A stretch of DNA of 64,000 nt. Origin: Cyanophora paradoxa CCMP329. Its lineage: Eukaryota; Plantae; Glaucophyta. Positions 1-12,293 of the stretch are shown one piece after another. Under the pieces are notes generated by a model. It made no database searches. It worked only from the letters and a program-made list of their open reading frames with translations, and was not told where the DNA came from. The position numbers were made by a program, and so were the translations under genes. Each line of letters opens with the position of its first letter. The first letter of the stretch is position 1. The stretch is from the NCBI GenBank assembly GCA_004431415.1, contig QPMI01000449.1, forward strand, positions 62,001 through 126,000, written 5' to 3'.

Positions 1-3000
1 TCCCGCCCCCACGGGTCCAGCTTCCTCCTCCTACCCGGGGGCACTTCGCCCCCCCTCTCGCCCTCCCCCCCCGCCTCGGTCGGGCCCCTCTGCGGCTGCG
101 GCGCGCCGATCCCCGCGGGCTCTACCCCCGCCGCCGCCGCCCTCGCCCCGTACGCCCCCGCCGCCATCTCCCTCGTCCCCGGTTCGGATTCACGTACCCC
201 CTCTTCGTCCGCTCTGCCCACGTACCCCGCAGAGTTTGCGGCCGGCGGCGATTGGCGTGAGACCGGCCTGCTTCTGACCAACAGCGCGTTCTGGACTAAC
301 CAGGTACCCCCCACCGCTTCGACGGGTACCCGTCCCCTCTGATGCCGGGTCTCCTCCGCCAGATTCGCACGGTCTACGTAGTCTTCGGTCCGCTACCCCT
401 TCCCTGTGCATCTCTGTACCCCCCGCGCATGTACTGAAGCCGGTACCCCCAGCCTCCTTTCCAGACATCGATGTCGGCACCCCCTCCTCGGCCAACGCCG
501 ACCGCTTCGGCGAGGTGCGTCGTACCCCCCTGGTCGACATATTCGTTAGCTAGCTGTACCCCCTGTCCTTTTCACTCCCAACCGCGTACCCGCAGGTGGC
601 GAGGTCGGTCCACGCCGCGGCGCAGCAGTACGGGGCCGCTGTCAACAAGCTCTGGCTGCACGTTACCCCCCCCCCCCCCCCCCCCCCGCCTTCGTTCTCA
701 CGCCTTCGCTCGCAGGGACGACAAGGGGGCGTCGGCGCTCCTCGGGTTCGGCCTGCCCGGCGGCTTCTCGCACGAGGACGACGCGAGCCGGGCCGTCCAG
801 GCGGCCCTCGCCCTCGAGGAGAGCTTCGCCGAGGAGGGCGCGCCCCTCGCCTGCGGCGTGCGCACCCGTACCCCCCCAAGCGGTCTTGTTTCTCCCCCCC
901 CTCTTCTAAGCTGCGGGGCAGGTCGCGGGGGGTAGGGCGTTCGTCGGCATCCTCGGCGCGCCCTGCCGGAAGGAGTACGCCGTCATTGGCGACTGCGTGG
1001 TCCGCCTGTACCCCAAAACATACCCCAAAAACGCCTGAACCCGGCCCGCTCAGATCCTTGCGGCGCGCCTCATGGGCGCCGCGAAGGCGGATTCGGGCAA
1101 GGGCGCGGAGGCGCGGAGGGTCCTCGTGGACGCTGGCGTCGTCGCCGCCGTGCAGGACGGGCGCCGCACGGCCGTGCGCGAGAAGCTGTACCCCCCCTTG
1201 CGTCCTCCTCGGAGCTCACCCTGTCCTGGCTGCAGACGGTGCGGTTCGAGGAGATGCCCGCCGTACACGCCAAGGGCTTCGACAAGCCAGTCCGGGTTCG
1301 AACCCGCGCAGGGCCGTATTATTTCTGTAGCCCCCGTCGCGATCGTTGTGTTCGCAGGTGTTCCGCCCCCAGCGGAAGGCGCCCGAGGAGGGTACAGCGG
1401 GCAGCGTCTCGGGGGACAGCGCCAGCTCCCGGCCCCACGTATGTACCCCCCTTCCCCTCCCCACTCACCCCTACCCCCGTGCTCCTTACGCGCGCCGCAG
1501 TCGTTCGAGTTCAGACGATCGTTCACCTCCGCCGCGGCGACGCCGGCGCCAGCGCCGGCGAGCATGGCCGTGCCTGTACCCCTCGTGGTCTCCGCGGCGG
1601 CGCCGCTGCCGCCCGCCTTCTCGTCGTCTTCGGCGGAGGGCTCGCCTCTGGCCCCGGGGACCCCAAAAGTCCTCTCCTCGCGCCTCCTGTCGCTGGGGCT
1701 GGGCCCCCACTCCAACAACTCCCCGTCCAACCGGTCCGCTACGATCCAACTAAGCTCAATCTAAGCTTTGCTCTCCCTACTCCAAGCTGCGCTAAGCTCG
1801 TCCCTCCTCCCAGGTCCCGAAAGGGCTCGCAGCACTCGCGGACGGCCTCCTTCCGCAGCCGCTCCCTCCGCGCCCCGCTCGTGGTCAGCGCGCCAGAGAG
1901 AAATCCGTCAAATTTCCAGCTTCTAGAGAGCTAGCTAGCCAGCCGCCCGGCCTCGCGCCAGCAACTTTCGCGTTTGTCTTCCCCTTCTAGACCCTCGTTC
2001 GCATCTGCCCCCTCCACCCGCTTCCAGCTTCTAGCTAGATATCGATAGCTAGTTCGCTCGCTCGCTCGCTGGCTTCCCCCGAGATTCCTGCTCACCCCGC
2101 TCCTCTCCACCCCTCGCCTCGCCCGATCTAGCTCCTCGTTTGGAGCTCCTCGTTTCTTCTAGCCTGCCTCCCGCTTTCGCCCCTCTTCTGGCCTCCTCCT
2201 GACCCCCCGCCCTCTCCCCTCCCTGGCAGGGGCGGGACGAGGAGCTGGGGGCGGCGATGGAGGCCGTCGCCGACCTCTGCGACCGCGCCCGCGGCACCAC
2301 CGTCGTCGTCGAGGGTGCCCCAGACCCCCCCTCGAAACCCGAATGCCACAGTAAATAAAGAAGCTCGAGCGTCTAGTGAGCTCTATTTACGTATATACTA
2401 AGCAAGCATGTGAGCTCCGTCTTCTCTCTTGTCGTCGAGGGTGCAAACCCCGCTTTCTTAGAGTCTTCTTAGAGAAAGCTTGAGCGTTTTCTTGACGCTT
2501 TCGAGGAAGGCGGGCTAGATTTAGATCCGATGATCTAGATCCAGGTTAATTGTAAGCTAGAGCTCCTAAGAAGCTTGAGCGTCTTCCTGGCGCTTGAGCT
2601 AAAGCCTTCAACCTCGGAACCGAACGAAAACACGAACACGCCCGCCCGCTGAAGCGACCTGACCCGGCGCGCCGCAGGGGAGGCTGGGGTGGGGAAGTCG
2701 GCGCTGGCGCGGGCCGTGCTGCGCGCCTGCTCGGCCCGCGGCGCCGCCGTCCTCCGCGGCGCAGCCGACCCCATCGAGGAGGTCTGCGCCCCTCCTCCCC
2801 GCCCCCTCCCCCGCCCGCCCTCCAAAGCCTCCGGCCGGGGCCCAAGAAACGCGGCCCCGCCAGCCATTTTCCTAGATCGCCGAGTCGGGGTCCGATGAGC
2901 TCGACCTTGACGGGCGGGGGCGCAGGGGACGCCGCTGTGGATCCTGCGCGGCGTCCTGGCCTCGGCCGGCGGCTCGCAGGTCCGTCCTCTACCTCCCCTC

Positions 3001-6000
3001 CACCCGTCTCTCACTTTCTCCCCTCACTTTCTCACCTCTTTAATCTCCCCCCTCCCCTTTTCCCTCCCCCACCCCTCCCCTCCCCGCAGGCGGAGCTGGT
3101 GGCGCGGGGCCTCCTCCCCCCCGACGACGCCGCCTTCCTGTACCCCGCCCTGGGCCTCGGCTCGGACGGCGGCGGCGGCGCCGCCGCCGCCCGCGGGCCC
3201 GCCGGCGCCTCCGGCCGCAGCTACCGCAGCGCGTGCGCCCGCGCCCCGCCTCCGTTCCTCTCTAACTTGTTCTCCGCTGAGTCTTCCCTTCGCGGCAGGT
3301 CGCGGCGGGCGCTGAAGAGCACGCTTGACATCATCGGCGTGCGGAGCCTCGGCGCCATCTCCGACATCCTCCAGCGGTGCCCCCGGCCCCGGCGATCTAT
3401 AGCTAGCCGCCAGCCGGCGATCCTGGCCTCTGTGCTAGGCCTAGTCCTAGGCCTGCACTGGACCGAACCGCCCTCTGACCTCGCCCGCCCCCGCGCCTCC
3501 GTCTCCGCCTCCGCGCCCGCCGACCCCGGCCCGGCCCCGCCTCAGGTTCATCGTGGCGGTGGAGGCGGAGGAGGCGGCGCGGCACGGCGGGCGCCGCCGG
3601 CCCGTGGCCCTCTTCCTCGAGGCCCGCCCCCCCTTAAGCTTTAAGAAGCTTTAAGATCTACAGCTTTAAGAAGCTCTAAGAAGCTTAGCTCTGAGGCCCG
3701 TGGCCCCGCCCCGCCCCGTCCCGAGAGTTTAAGCTTTAAGATCGTTAGCTCTAAGAGGCTCTAAGAAGCTTAGCGATGATCGAGACATTAGAAGCTTTAG
3801 CACGGCGGCCGCCGCAAGCCCGTCGCTCTGTTCCTCGAGGCCCGCCCCCCGCCTCGCCCGCACGGCTCAGCTTCGCGATGGTTTCTAGAGCGCATCGCAC
3901 TGCTCCGCGGTGGTTTCCAGGGGATCGGATAAGGCCCTACGAATTCGAATCCGGAACCCGCCTCCCCGACCCCGGACTAGATCGCAGCTCAGCTTCAGGC
4001 TTCCTTCCATCGGGGTCTGGCCGTCGAGGGGCGCTGAGGCGAGCTGGGGCCCGCAGGACGCGCACTGGTGCGACTCGGCGAGCTTCTACGTCCTCCGGCA
4101 CGTCCGCGAGGCTTGCCCCGGCATCCTCGTGCGCCCGCCCTGGCTGGCTGGCTGGCTGGATGGCTAGCGTTTCTCAGCTTTCTTAGCTGAGGAACGGAAA
4201 GCTAGACCCCCGCCCGGCCCCTTCCCGCCCTCGCCCCCGCCCCCGCTCACGGCGGGGCCCCGGGTCCAGATCTTCATCACGACGCGGCCGCTGCAGTCGC
4301 CCCCGCGCGACTTCGTCGCCCTCATCGGCGGGCCCCGCCGCTTGTGCGCCCCGCCCCGCCCCCCGATTTAGAGATTGGAGCGCCTGAGAGATTAGACCGA
4401 AGCTCTAGCAAGCTTTTTGTTCTGAACTCTTAGCTCCGACCGAGAGATTAGAAGCTAAAAGCTTAAAGAAGTCGAGGCTTCGGCCTCATCGGCGGGCCCC
4501 GCCGCGGCGCCGCCTGTGCTCTCTGCGCCCCGCCCAAGATCGCGACGACTTGATCGATTGCAACTGACCGGCTGGCTCGCGTCGCAGGTCGGGGTACGGG
4601 ATGGGCCACCGGAGGGCCTCAGCAATCTACCACACCCAGTCGCAGGCGCAGGCGCAGGCGCAGGCGCCGGTGCAGGTGCAGGCGCAGCCGGGCGCGTCGC
4701 CGCATGGCGCGGGGCAGGCGGACGCGTACGGCTCGCCGCGGCCCTCAAGGCTCCTCTCGGCGTCACAGGCATCCCTTGCGTCCGCCGCCGCCGCCGCGGT
4801 CGCCGCGGCATCCGCCGCCGGCACCGAGCCGCCCACACCGGGGCGCCACCAGCACCAGCAGCAGCAGACCTGGCGGCCCCTCCACATCGCGCTGGTACCC
4901 CGGACCGCTTCTTCCCCCCCGGCTCCGTTCGCGGAGGACTCAGGTTCGAATCCGGCAGGGACCTCTTTCGCGGGAGTCGTCCCGGGCCCTACTGGAGTCC
5001 CTCTCGTCCAGGCAGGGCACCTCCTGGGCGCCGGTGCGGCGCCAGCGCGGCTTGTACCGGCGCACAAACAAAACTTCTTCTCGCGGATTCGAACCCGAAC
5101 CCGCAGCAAGCGGTGGAGGCGGTCCTCGACAAGTCCGGGGGCGTACCCCTCTACCTCGTCGAGGTGAGCGACCCGTACCCCGCCCCCCTTTTTCTGCCGG
5201 CAATCGACGTACCCCCGCAGCTCTGCCTGCACGCTGGGACCCCGTCGCAGCAGACACCCGGCGGGATCCCCGACACGGTGCGGGGGGATACACGCGGACC
5301 TTTTTCCGCTTCAAAACCGACCCGCGCGGATTCGAGCGCAGGTCGGCCAGATCGTGCTCTCGAGAGTGGACCGCCTCTCGCCCTCCGCGCAGGCCGCCGC
5401 CCGCCTCGCCTCGGTGCGCCCGGCTGGCTGACAACCTTGCTCGCTCTGCACTGCAGCGAGCGACGCTAACTCCACCCCGCCCCCTCCCACCGGCCTCAGG
5501 TGATCGGAGCTGAGTTCACGCCTGCTGCGGTGGCGGCGGCCGACCCGTCGGGGATGGGCGACGCCGCCGTCGCCTCCGCGCTAAGGGAACTCTACACCGC
5601 CGGCCTCATCCGCGTGCGCCGCCGCGCCGCGAGGCGGTCGAGCTCGAGTCCAACGGGCGGGGCCGGGTGCAGGAGAAGGCGGGGGGCAGGGCGGGCGGGG
5701 AGGCCTTCGTGGCGTTCGAGGAGGCGGCGTGGCCGCCCCCCTCCGCCCGCTTCTGCTGGCACCACGCCCTCGTCCAGGCGAGTCCGCTCAAGGCTTCCAA
5801 AGTTCTCCTCTCTAAAGGCTTCCGAAGGCGAAAGGCTTCCAAAGTTCTCCTCTCTAAAGGCGCTCCTTAAGTCAGCGAAAGGACCTCTAGCGCCCTCGTC
5901 CAGGCGAGCTCGCTCTAAATCAGTCTCTAAAGGTCTCAAAATCAAAGCCTTCTAGAGGCTTCTAATGGCTTCTAAAGGCTTCTCCTCTACGCCCTCGTCC

Positions 6001-9000
6001 AGGCGAGTTCGCTCAAGGCTTCTCCTCTAAAGGCTTCTCCTCTGAAGGCTGCTCCTCTAATTATGAAGGCTTCCAAAGGCTCTAGCGCTCCTTAAGTCAG
6101 CGAAAGGACCTCTAGCGCCCTCGTCCAGGCGAGCACTAGTTCGCAAGTCAAATCAAAGCCTTCCGCGGCGCTCTAGTAGGCTTCTGTAGGCTTCAAGGCT
6201 TCTCCTCGAAAGTCTTCTGCGGCGTTTTGACAGCGCTCTAGTGCTCCGCGCCCCGCCCCGCCCCGCCGCGGCGCTGACGGCTTCCGTCCGTCCGCCCCCC
6301 TTCTCCTCTCCTCCTCCTCTTCTCCTCCTCTGACGGCTTCGTCTCGAATTGCCTCTGAAGGCTTCCCCTCTAAATGCTTCTTAATGCTTCCCCTCTCTCA
6401 AAGGCTTCTTCGTCGTCCTCGCAGGAGGCGCTGTACGGGTCGATGGCGCGGGCGCAGCGGCGCGACGTGCACGCCGCGCACGCGCGCTACCTCGAGGAGG
6501 CCCCCGGGCCCGACGCCGGCCCCACGCACCTCGCGTCCGCCCCGCCCCCGCCCCCGCCCCTCCCCGCTCCCGCCTCGCCCCCGCCTGACCGGCGCCCCCC
6601 TCGCCCTCCTCGCAGGCTGCACTGGCGGCAGGCGGAGGAGGCGGAGCGGGCGCTGCCGCACATGGAGGCCGCCGCCGCCGCCGCCGTCTCCCGCGGCGCC
6701 ATGCCCGAGGTCCGCCCCTAATAATCTTTGATATCCTTAGGTCCAGATCTCTAATACCTCTAATTCCTTCCGCGGCGCCATGCCCGAGGTCCGCCCCTAA
6801 TGACAATACCAGATCCATAGGAGCTTAGGAGCTTAGGTCCAGATTTCTTGTAACTCTAATACCTCTTATAAGACCAATATGGGTGCCCCGCCGCATGCAT
6901 GCGCCCCGCCGAGCCTTGATCGCGAGCGTTCGACGGCGAACGGGGGCGGAGCGGCGCCCTGATCCTTTAGATCTCAAATGCCTCGACTCGGCAAGATAGA
7001 CTCGAGAAGCTCCTGAGACGCCCCGCGCAGATCCTTAAGATGGGGGCAGATCCTTAAGATCTCTGTCTTTCCTTAAGATCTCTATCTTTCCTTAAGATAT
7101 GACGCACGAGAAGCTCCTGAGGCGCCCTGCCTCGCCTTGCTTCAGGCGCTTCTGCCCTGCTGAGAGGCCTCGCTTTGCCCGCAGGCGCGGCGCTTCTTCG
7201 CGGAGATGGTCATCACCATCGTGGGGCTCGACCTCGCCGCCCTCCCCGCCCGCCTGCCCCCGAGGCCCGCCCCGCCCCTCCCCCCTCGCGCCTTCGAGAA
7301 ACTGGAGCTTAGACGCGGGCTCTCATCTCGAGCTTCCCCGCCGCCTGCTTAGAAGCGCGCCCTCTGCGACTCTTGGCGAAAGCCCGCTTACCTCCGGGGA
7401 CAGGCTGGAGGCGGAGCTCGCGGCCTCGCGCTGGCTCCCCGACGCGAGCCCCCTGGCCCCGCGGCAGGGCCGGCCGGGGCCCGGGCACGACGACGACGAA
7501 GCCCACCGCTGGCGCCTCATGCTCGTCGAGAGCCTTAGGAACTGGGCCTTCGCCGAGTGAGCTCGATCTCTAGAACTCCTGTACCCCCACTCGAACCGCG
7601 GGTCGCGCCGTCGCTGACTAACATGAGCCAGGTTCATCCTGGGCGGCTCGAGTTCGCCCAGGAGCTCGCGGTAACCCCCCGTTTCCGTTTTCGCCCTCGT
7701 TCGCCGCGGCGGTTCTGTGCCCACTTCTTTTTCGCCGCAGCTTTTCGCGCTGGACTGCGCGGGAGAGGCAATACCCCCCTCGAAGCTCTCCGTCGGCACC
7801 GCCATCGGTCCCCCCCTCTTCTTCCCTCCTCCACCCGTGACGTCCTTCTCTGACGTCTTCCTCTTTTCTAGGCATCCTGAAGCAGATGCGGCGGATCCTG
7901 AAGCGATACGCCAGCGAGCCCCTCACGGCCGTCACCTCCCGCCGGGCCGCCAGCCCCGAGGAGGCCCGCCGCTCCCAGGCGAGCGCCCGCCGCTCGCTCG
8001 ACCCCTCCTCACCTCTATTATTCACCTCCTCTGTACCCCCGCCCCCATCAGATCCGATCGGCGGCGGCGAACTGCCTGATTCTGGTGGGGATGCTCCAGG
8101 CCAAGCTGGGGCGGGGCCTGAGGGCCCTCTTCGGCGCCAAGGCGAGCCCGCCCGCCCGCCCGCCCGTCCGCACGATCCCTAACAGACCGCTCGGCTCGCT
8201 GACTTTACGCTGAGAAGCTAATCTACGCCGATAAGAAGCTAATCTGAGCCGATTAGCTATTACTCTCATCCTATGATGCCCCGGCTTCAGCGCCCGCGGC
8301 GGCCCGCTCGCTCACTTCAAGGCTTCGTTCGCAGGTGGTGCGGGCGCTGGACATGCTGCAGGACCTGCCCTGGGAGGTGCGTGCCGTACCCCAGGGCGCC
8401 CCCGGCCCCCCCCCCCCCCCCCCCCCCCCCCCGTCGAGCAGATCCGTTTGTCCGGTCGGGCAGATCGCGGCGGTGAACCTGGCGCGGATCAGCGCCACCT
8501 TCTCTACCGTCCTCCTCCGTCCGCCCCGCCCGCCCCGCCCCGCTCCGCCCCATCCCAAAGATAGAAAGGCGGCCCGCCGCTGACGCGCCTCGGCGCCTCG
8601 GCCCCGGCAGTGATGGGGCGGGCGGGGGAGAGCCGGCGGGTGCTGGAGCGGGCCGAGGCCCTCGCCGAGCTCGTCGACGCCCCCGACGTGCGGCCCCCTC
8701 CCTCCCTCCCTCCCTCCCTCCCGACCAGACTTAGTCTCCTTAGCTTGTTACTTCTTTTATTACTTGATTTCTTCATTGAGCTTCTTAAAGGCCCTCGCCG
8801 AGCTCGTCGACTCCTTCCCCGGCCCTCCCCTCCGCCCCTCCGCCCCTCCGCCCTTCCCCTCCCGCCCCGCCCCGCCCCGCCGACTTCGCGCCTCCGCAGG
8901 CGCGGGCGGGGGTGCTGGGGCAGGCGGGCCTGCAGCGCTGCTTCCGGGCAGCTTCGTGGAGGCGACGTCCCTCTTCCGCCGCACCCTCGAGCTCGGCGGC

Positions 9001-11364
9001 TACTACGGTGCGCGAGCGCTATTTATAGCGCGCGCGGAGGCGAAGGTTGGGGGGCGGGAGATATATTTAGCCTAGTGGGGGAGCCAGCCTAGCGGCCTCG
9101 AGCTCGGCGGCAAGGGCACAAGAGCCGAAGGCTGTGTTCCTCTTCTGCCGCGTTCCCGACGCGCCTTCGTTCGCGCAGGCCCCTTCCAGACGGACTACGC
9201 GGTGACGTACCTCTGCTCCCTCCTCCTCACCGTGCGGCCCAAACCCCCCCCCTCCCCTCCCCCCTTCTTTCCTAGCCCCGGCGCCGCCCGGCGGCGCCCT
9301 TCTAGATATACCCCTCTCCTCCCTCTCTCCCCCCGCTCCCCCCCCCCCCCCTCCCTTCTCACGCCTCCGCGCAGGGGGAGCTCGCGGAGATGAAGCGCGT
9401 CGCCTTCGAGCTCGTCGGCCACTTCGGGTGCCCCCACCCCCCCCCCGCCCCGCCCCGCCCCCGCCCCGCCTCCGCTCAGATCTTAGGCTTCTCCGCCACA
9501 CTAAAGCTTGAGGGCTCTCCCGCGTCTCCGTTCTCACCCTGGGGCCCCGTCAGGCGGGTGGGAATCAACGCGTACGCGGCCGTCTGCGCCTCGCTCGCCA
9601 CCTTCGGCCTCACCATGAAGGTACCCCCCTTCCTTCCCCTCGCCCACACCCCACACCCTTCTCAGCTCACGCCGGCCGCCTCCCTCGCGCCCGCCCGCCC
9701 GCGCAGGACGACGACGAGGCGGCCGAGCAGCTCTCCGACCTCTTCGAGATCGTCCGCCCGCCCCCGCCCCGACCGCGCCCCGCCCCGCCCCCGGGCCCCC
9801 GCAACCCCCGGGACCCCACCCCGGCTCGCTTAGGCCCCGCTTAGGCTCTCTCACTCCTTCTCTCAGCGTGAGCTTTGCTGGGCTCCTCCCGCTGAGCTAA
9901 GGGCCCCGCTCTCTAGAGCTTAGATTCTCTTCACCAGCCCTCTTAGCGTGAGCTCCGCTGGGCCCCTCCCGCTGAGACCCCTTCCCGCCCCCCAGGAGGA
10001 GGAGCAGGAGCACGGCTGGCAGTGGATCGGCGTCGCCCGCGCCCTCGCCGAGGTACCCCCCCCCCCCCCCGATCCTCCAGAGAAGCTTTAAGCGAATCCT
10101 AGAGCGCATTCTGGAAAGCTATAGCTAGCTTCTAGCTCCTTTGGCGGCTGATTCTCTTGGCTGAAGCTTGGCTTGGCTGAAGCTTGCGCGTGGAATAACA
10201 ATTTCACAAGCGCCCAACTAAACACGGGCCGGCGCCGCGCGCAGAGCCTTCTGGAGTGGCGGGGGACGGGGCGGGCGGGGGCGATGGCGTCTTCGGCGGC
10301 CGGCGTCCTCGCGCTGGCCATCACCCAGGGCTCCCCCATCTGGATCTCCTTCCGTGCGCCCGCTCCGCAATCGCATTAAGAAGAAGAATAGAGAAGGCAG
10401 GGATAGTTAAAAAGAACAACTAAGAGCTCCAGCTTCTACCGTTTTGTCTGGACGACACCGCCTGTCCCGCTCACTTTCCCTCTCTCGCCAGCGGCGCTCG
10501 CGGTGGTGCTGGAGTACGCGGCCTGGCGCGAGGCGGAGGCCCACGCCGCCCTCTCCTCCTCGGGCCTGGGCGGCCCGCCCCGCGGCTCAAGCTTTGGCTT
10601 AAGCTTCTGCGGCTGCGGGCGGGGCTCGGCGGCCGTCGCGGCGAGCGAGTACGCCGCGGCGGAGGCGGGGCCGCCCAAGGGCGCGGCGGGGCCGGCGGCG
10701 GCGCCGGCTGCGTCCTCCCGCGAGGCCGCGAGGCGCGAGGCGCGGGAGGCCTCCGCCCTGGTCGACCGGGTGAGACGTTCAAACATCAACTTAGCTACAT
10801 AGCTTCTTGAATCTCTTATAGAAAGCAACTCTAACGCTTCAATCAGGTGGAGGGCGCGCTGAAGGCGATGCGCAAGAGCGAGCGGGTGGCGGAGCCGTTG
10901 CTGGAGCTGGCGCGGGCGGGGCGGCCCGGCCTCGGCCCCGAGCGCCGCCGGCGGCACCTGCAGGCCTCCAGGGACGCCTTCGCCCGGAGCGGCCTGCGCC
11001 CCTACGAGGCGAGTGACATTTCTATTTGCATTTGTTACGGGACCCCGCGTCTCCGGCTCGGCGCCTGAAATTAAGTTGATCGCGCCTGCGCCTGTGCAGG
11101 CTATGGCGTGCGTCCGCCTCGCCGCCGTCGAGCGCAGGTCCGCTAGCGCTGAGATGCTTGAGCGAATCCGCTTCAAATCAAATTTGATCTAGCTTAATCC
11201 GCGCGCGCGCGCGCAGGGCGGACCCGGCCGCCTCGGCGGCGGCCATCAACCGGGCCACGCGCATCGCGGAGGAGACGGGGATGCGCCTGCGGCCCCTCGA
11301 GCGGCTCCTCTCGGGGCCCGAGGACCCCACCTGGACCGCAAACTTCATACCCATGCTGGTCTAG
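1..11364 (+). CDS. Soluble adenylyl cyclase (ADCY10/sAC)-like protein: class III cyclase C2 domain + STAND/AAA P-loop NTPase + TPR-like helical C-terminus; multi-exon, 5'-truncated by the window edge
   Basis: Spliced exons give IRTVYVVF...QYGAAVNKLW..DDKGASALLGFGLPGGFSHEDDASRAVQAAL (~596-857), GRAFVGILGAPCRKEYAVIGDCV|ILAARLM and VHAKGFDKP (cyclase C2). The NTPase part reads GRDEEL...TTVVVEGEAGVGKSAL (Walker A ~2300-2706), PVALFLE|DAHWCDSAS (Walker B), IFITTRP, SGGVPLYLVE, FCWHHALVQ|EALYGSMARAQRRDVH and LHWRQAEEAERAL. Stop TAG at 11362-11364. Confidence 0.9.
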
Positions 11365-11710
11365 CTATATATAGCTCTAGATTAGAATATTATAGTTAGT
11401 GTGTGTATGACCGTGTCCTTTCATTTGTGTACGTGCTGAAGATAATCTGGACTTTCTTCTTTCACTGAGTTATAATTACAGAGAGTGTAGTGAGGCCCTT
11501 GAAAAGTGTATGCCTTGCCGCGGTGAGCTGTTCATTCGTGTACATGTATTCCCGTTACTTCTTGAGCTAGTCTGAGCGATATTTGTCAGTAGACTGTATT
11601 TTGTTTCGACCGTCCTGGTCAAACTTCGCAGGCAATCGTATAGCGAAGCTATGGTGGTACGGTACTTTACTTGGGCCCTGCTAGCTGGCCGAGTAAAACT
11701 TGAGAGTGGT

Positions 11711-11857
11711 GGGGTATACACCCCATTTTTTTTTGCAAAAGTGGACGTCGCGATCGCATTGATATATATACACCACGGCATGCGCAGTGTGACGGCACAT
11801 GTATCAATGTTCTACGTGACGCGCCCTTAAGCTTCCGACGGGGTATACACCCCATTT
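11711..11857. repeat. Direct repeat of the 18-bp near-palindrome GGGGTATACACCCCATTT (11711-11728, 11840-11857)
   Basis: Two exact copies 129 bp apart in intergenic DNA; resembles a transposon subterminal or protein-binding repeat. Confidence 0.6.
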
Positions 11858-12208
11858 CGACGCACAGTGCGCCGTACATGTACACTCCGAGCCTCATCAC
11901 ACGATTCTCGAGCTCGTACAGATGCACGTGCTCGTGATTCGTAAACAGCGCAACTTGAATTAATTCGAGCTAGCTTGTCGTCGCAGTCGCAGACTTGATC
12001 ATGAGCTTGCAGTATGTTGACAGTGACGTCGAGTTTACTTGACACTGTCGCAGTCGACACTGATCATGATCATGAGATTCATGACTTGACAGTGCATGTG
12101 AATGATATCGATGTTGAAGTGCCTTGTTCACTTTATAATGCGATTTACTTCAAATTTGAACAGAGGGCGGAATTCGGATCCCGGTCCCCGGAACGCCATT
12201 AAAAATTA

Positions 12209-12232
12209 CCAAAGAGCCGTTGGGGTACTGTA
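12209..12232. mobile_element. Solo right end of a Tc1/mariner-like element (...AGCCGTTGGGGTACTG|TA)
   Basis: Closely matches the right end of the MITE candidate at 17581-17604 (CCGAAAAAGCCGTCGGGTACTG|TA); no partner left end was found. Confidence 0.35.
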
Positions 12233-12293
12233 AAGTGCGCCGCTTCGAATTCGGAATTTTGCTGACAGAATCAATCATATCTTCGAGATTCAT

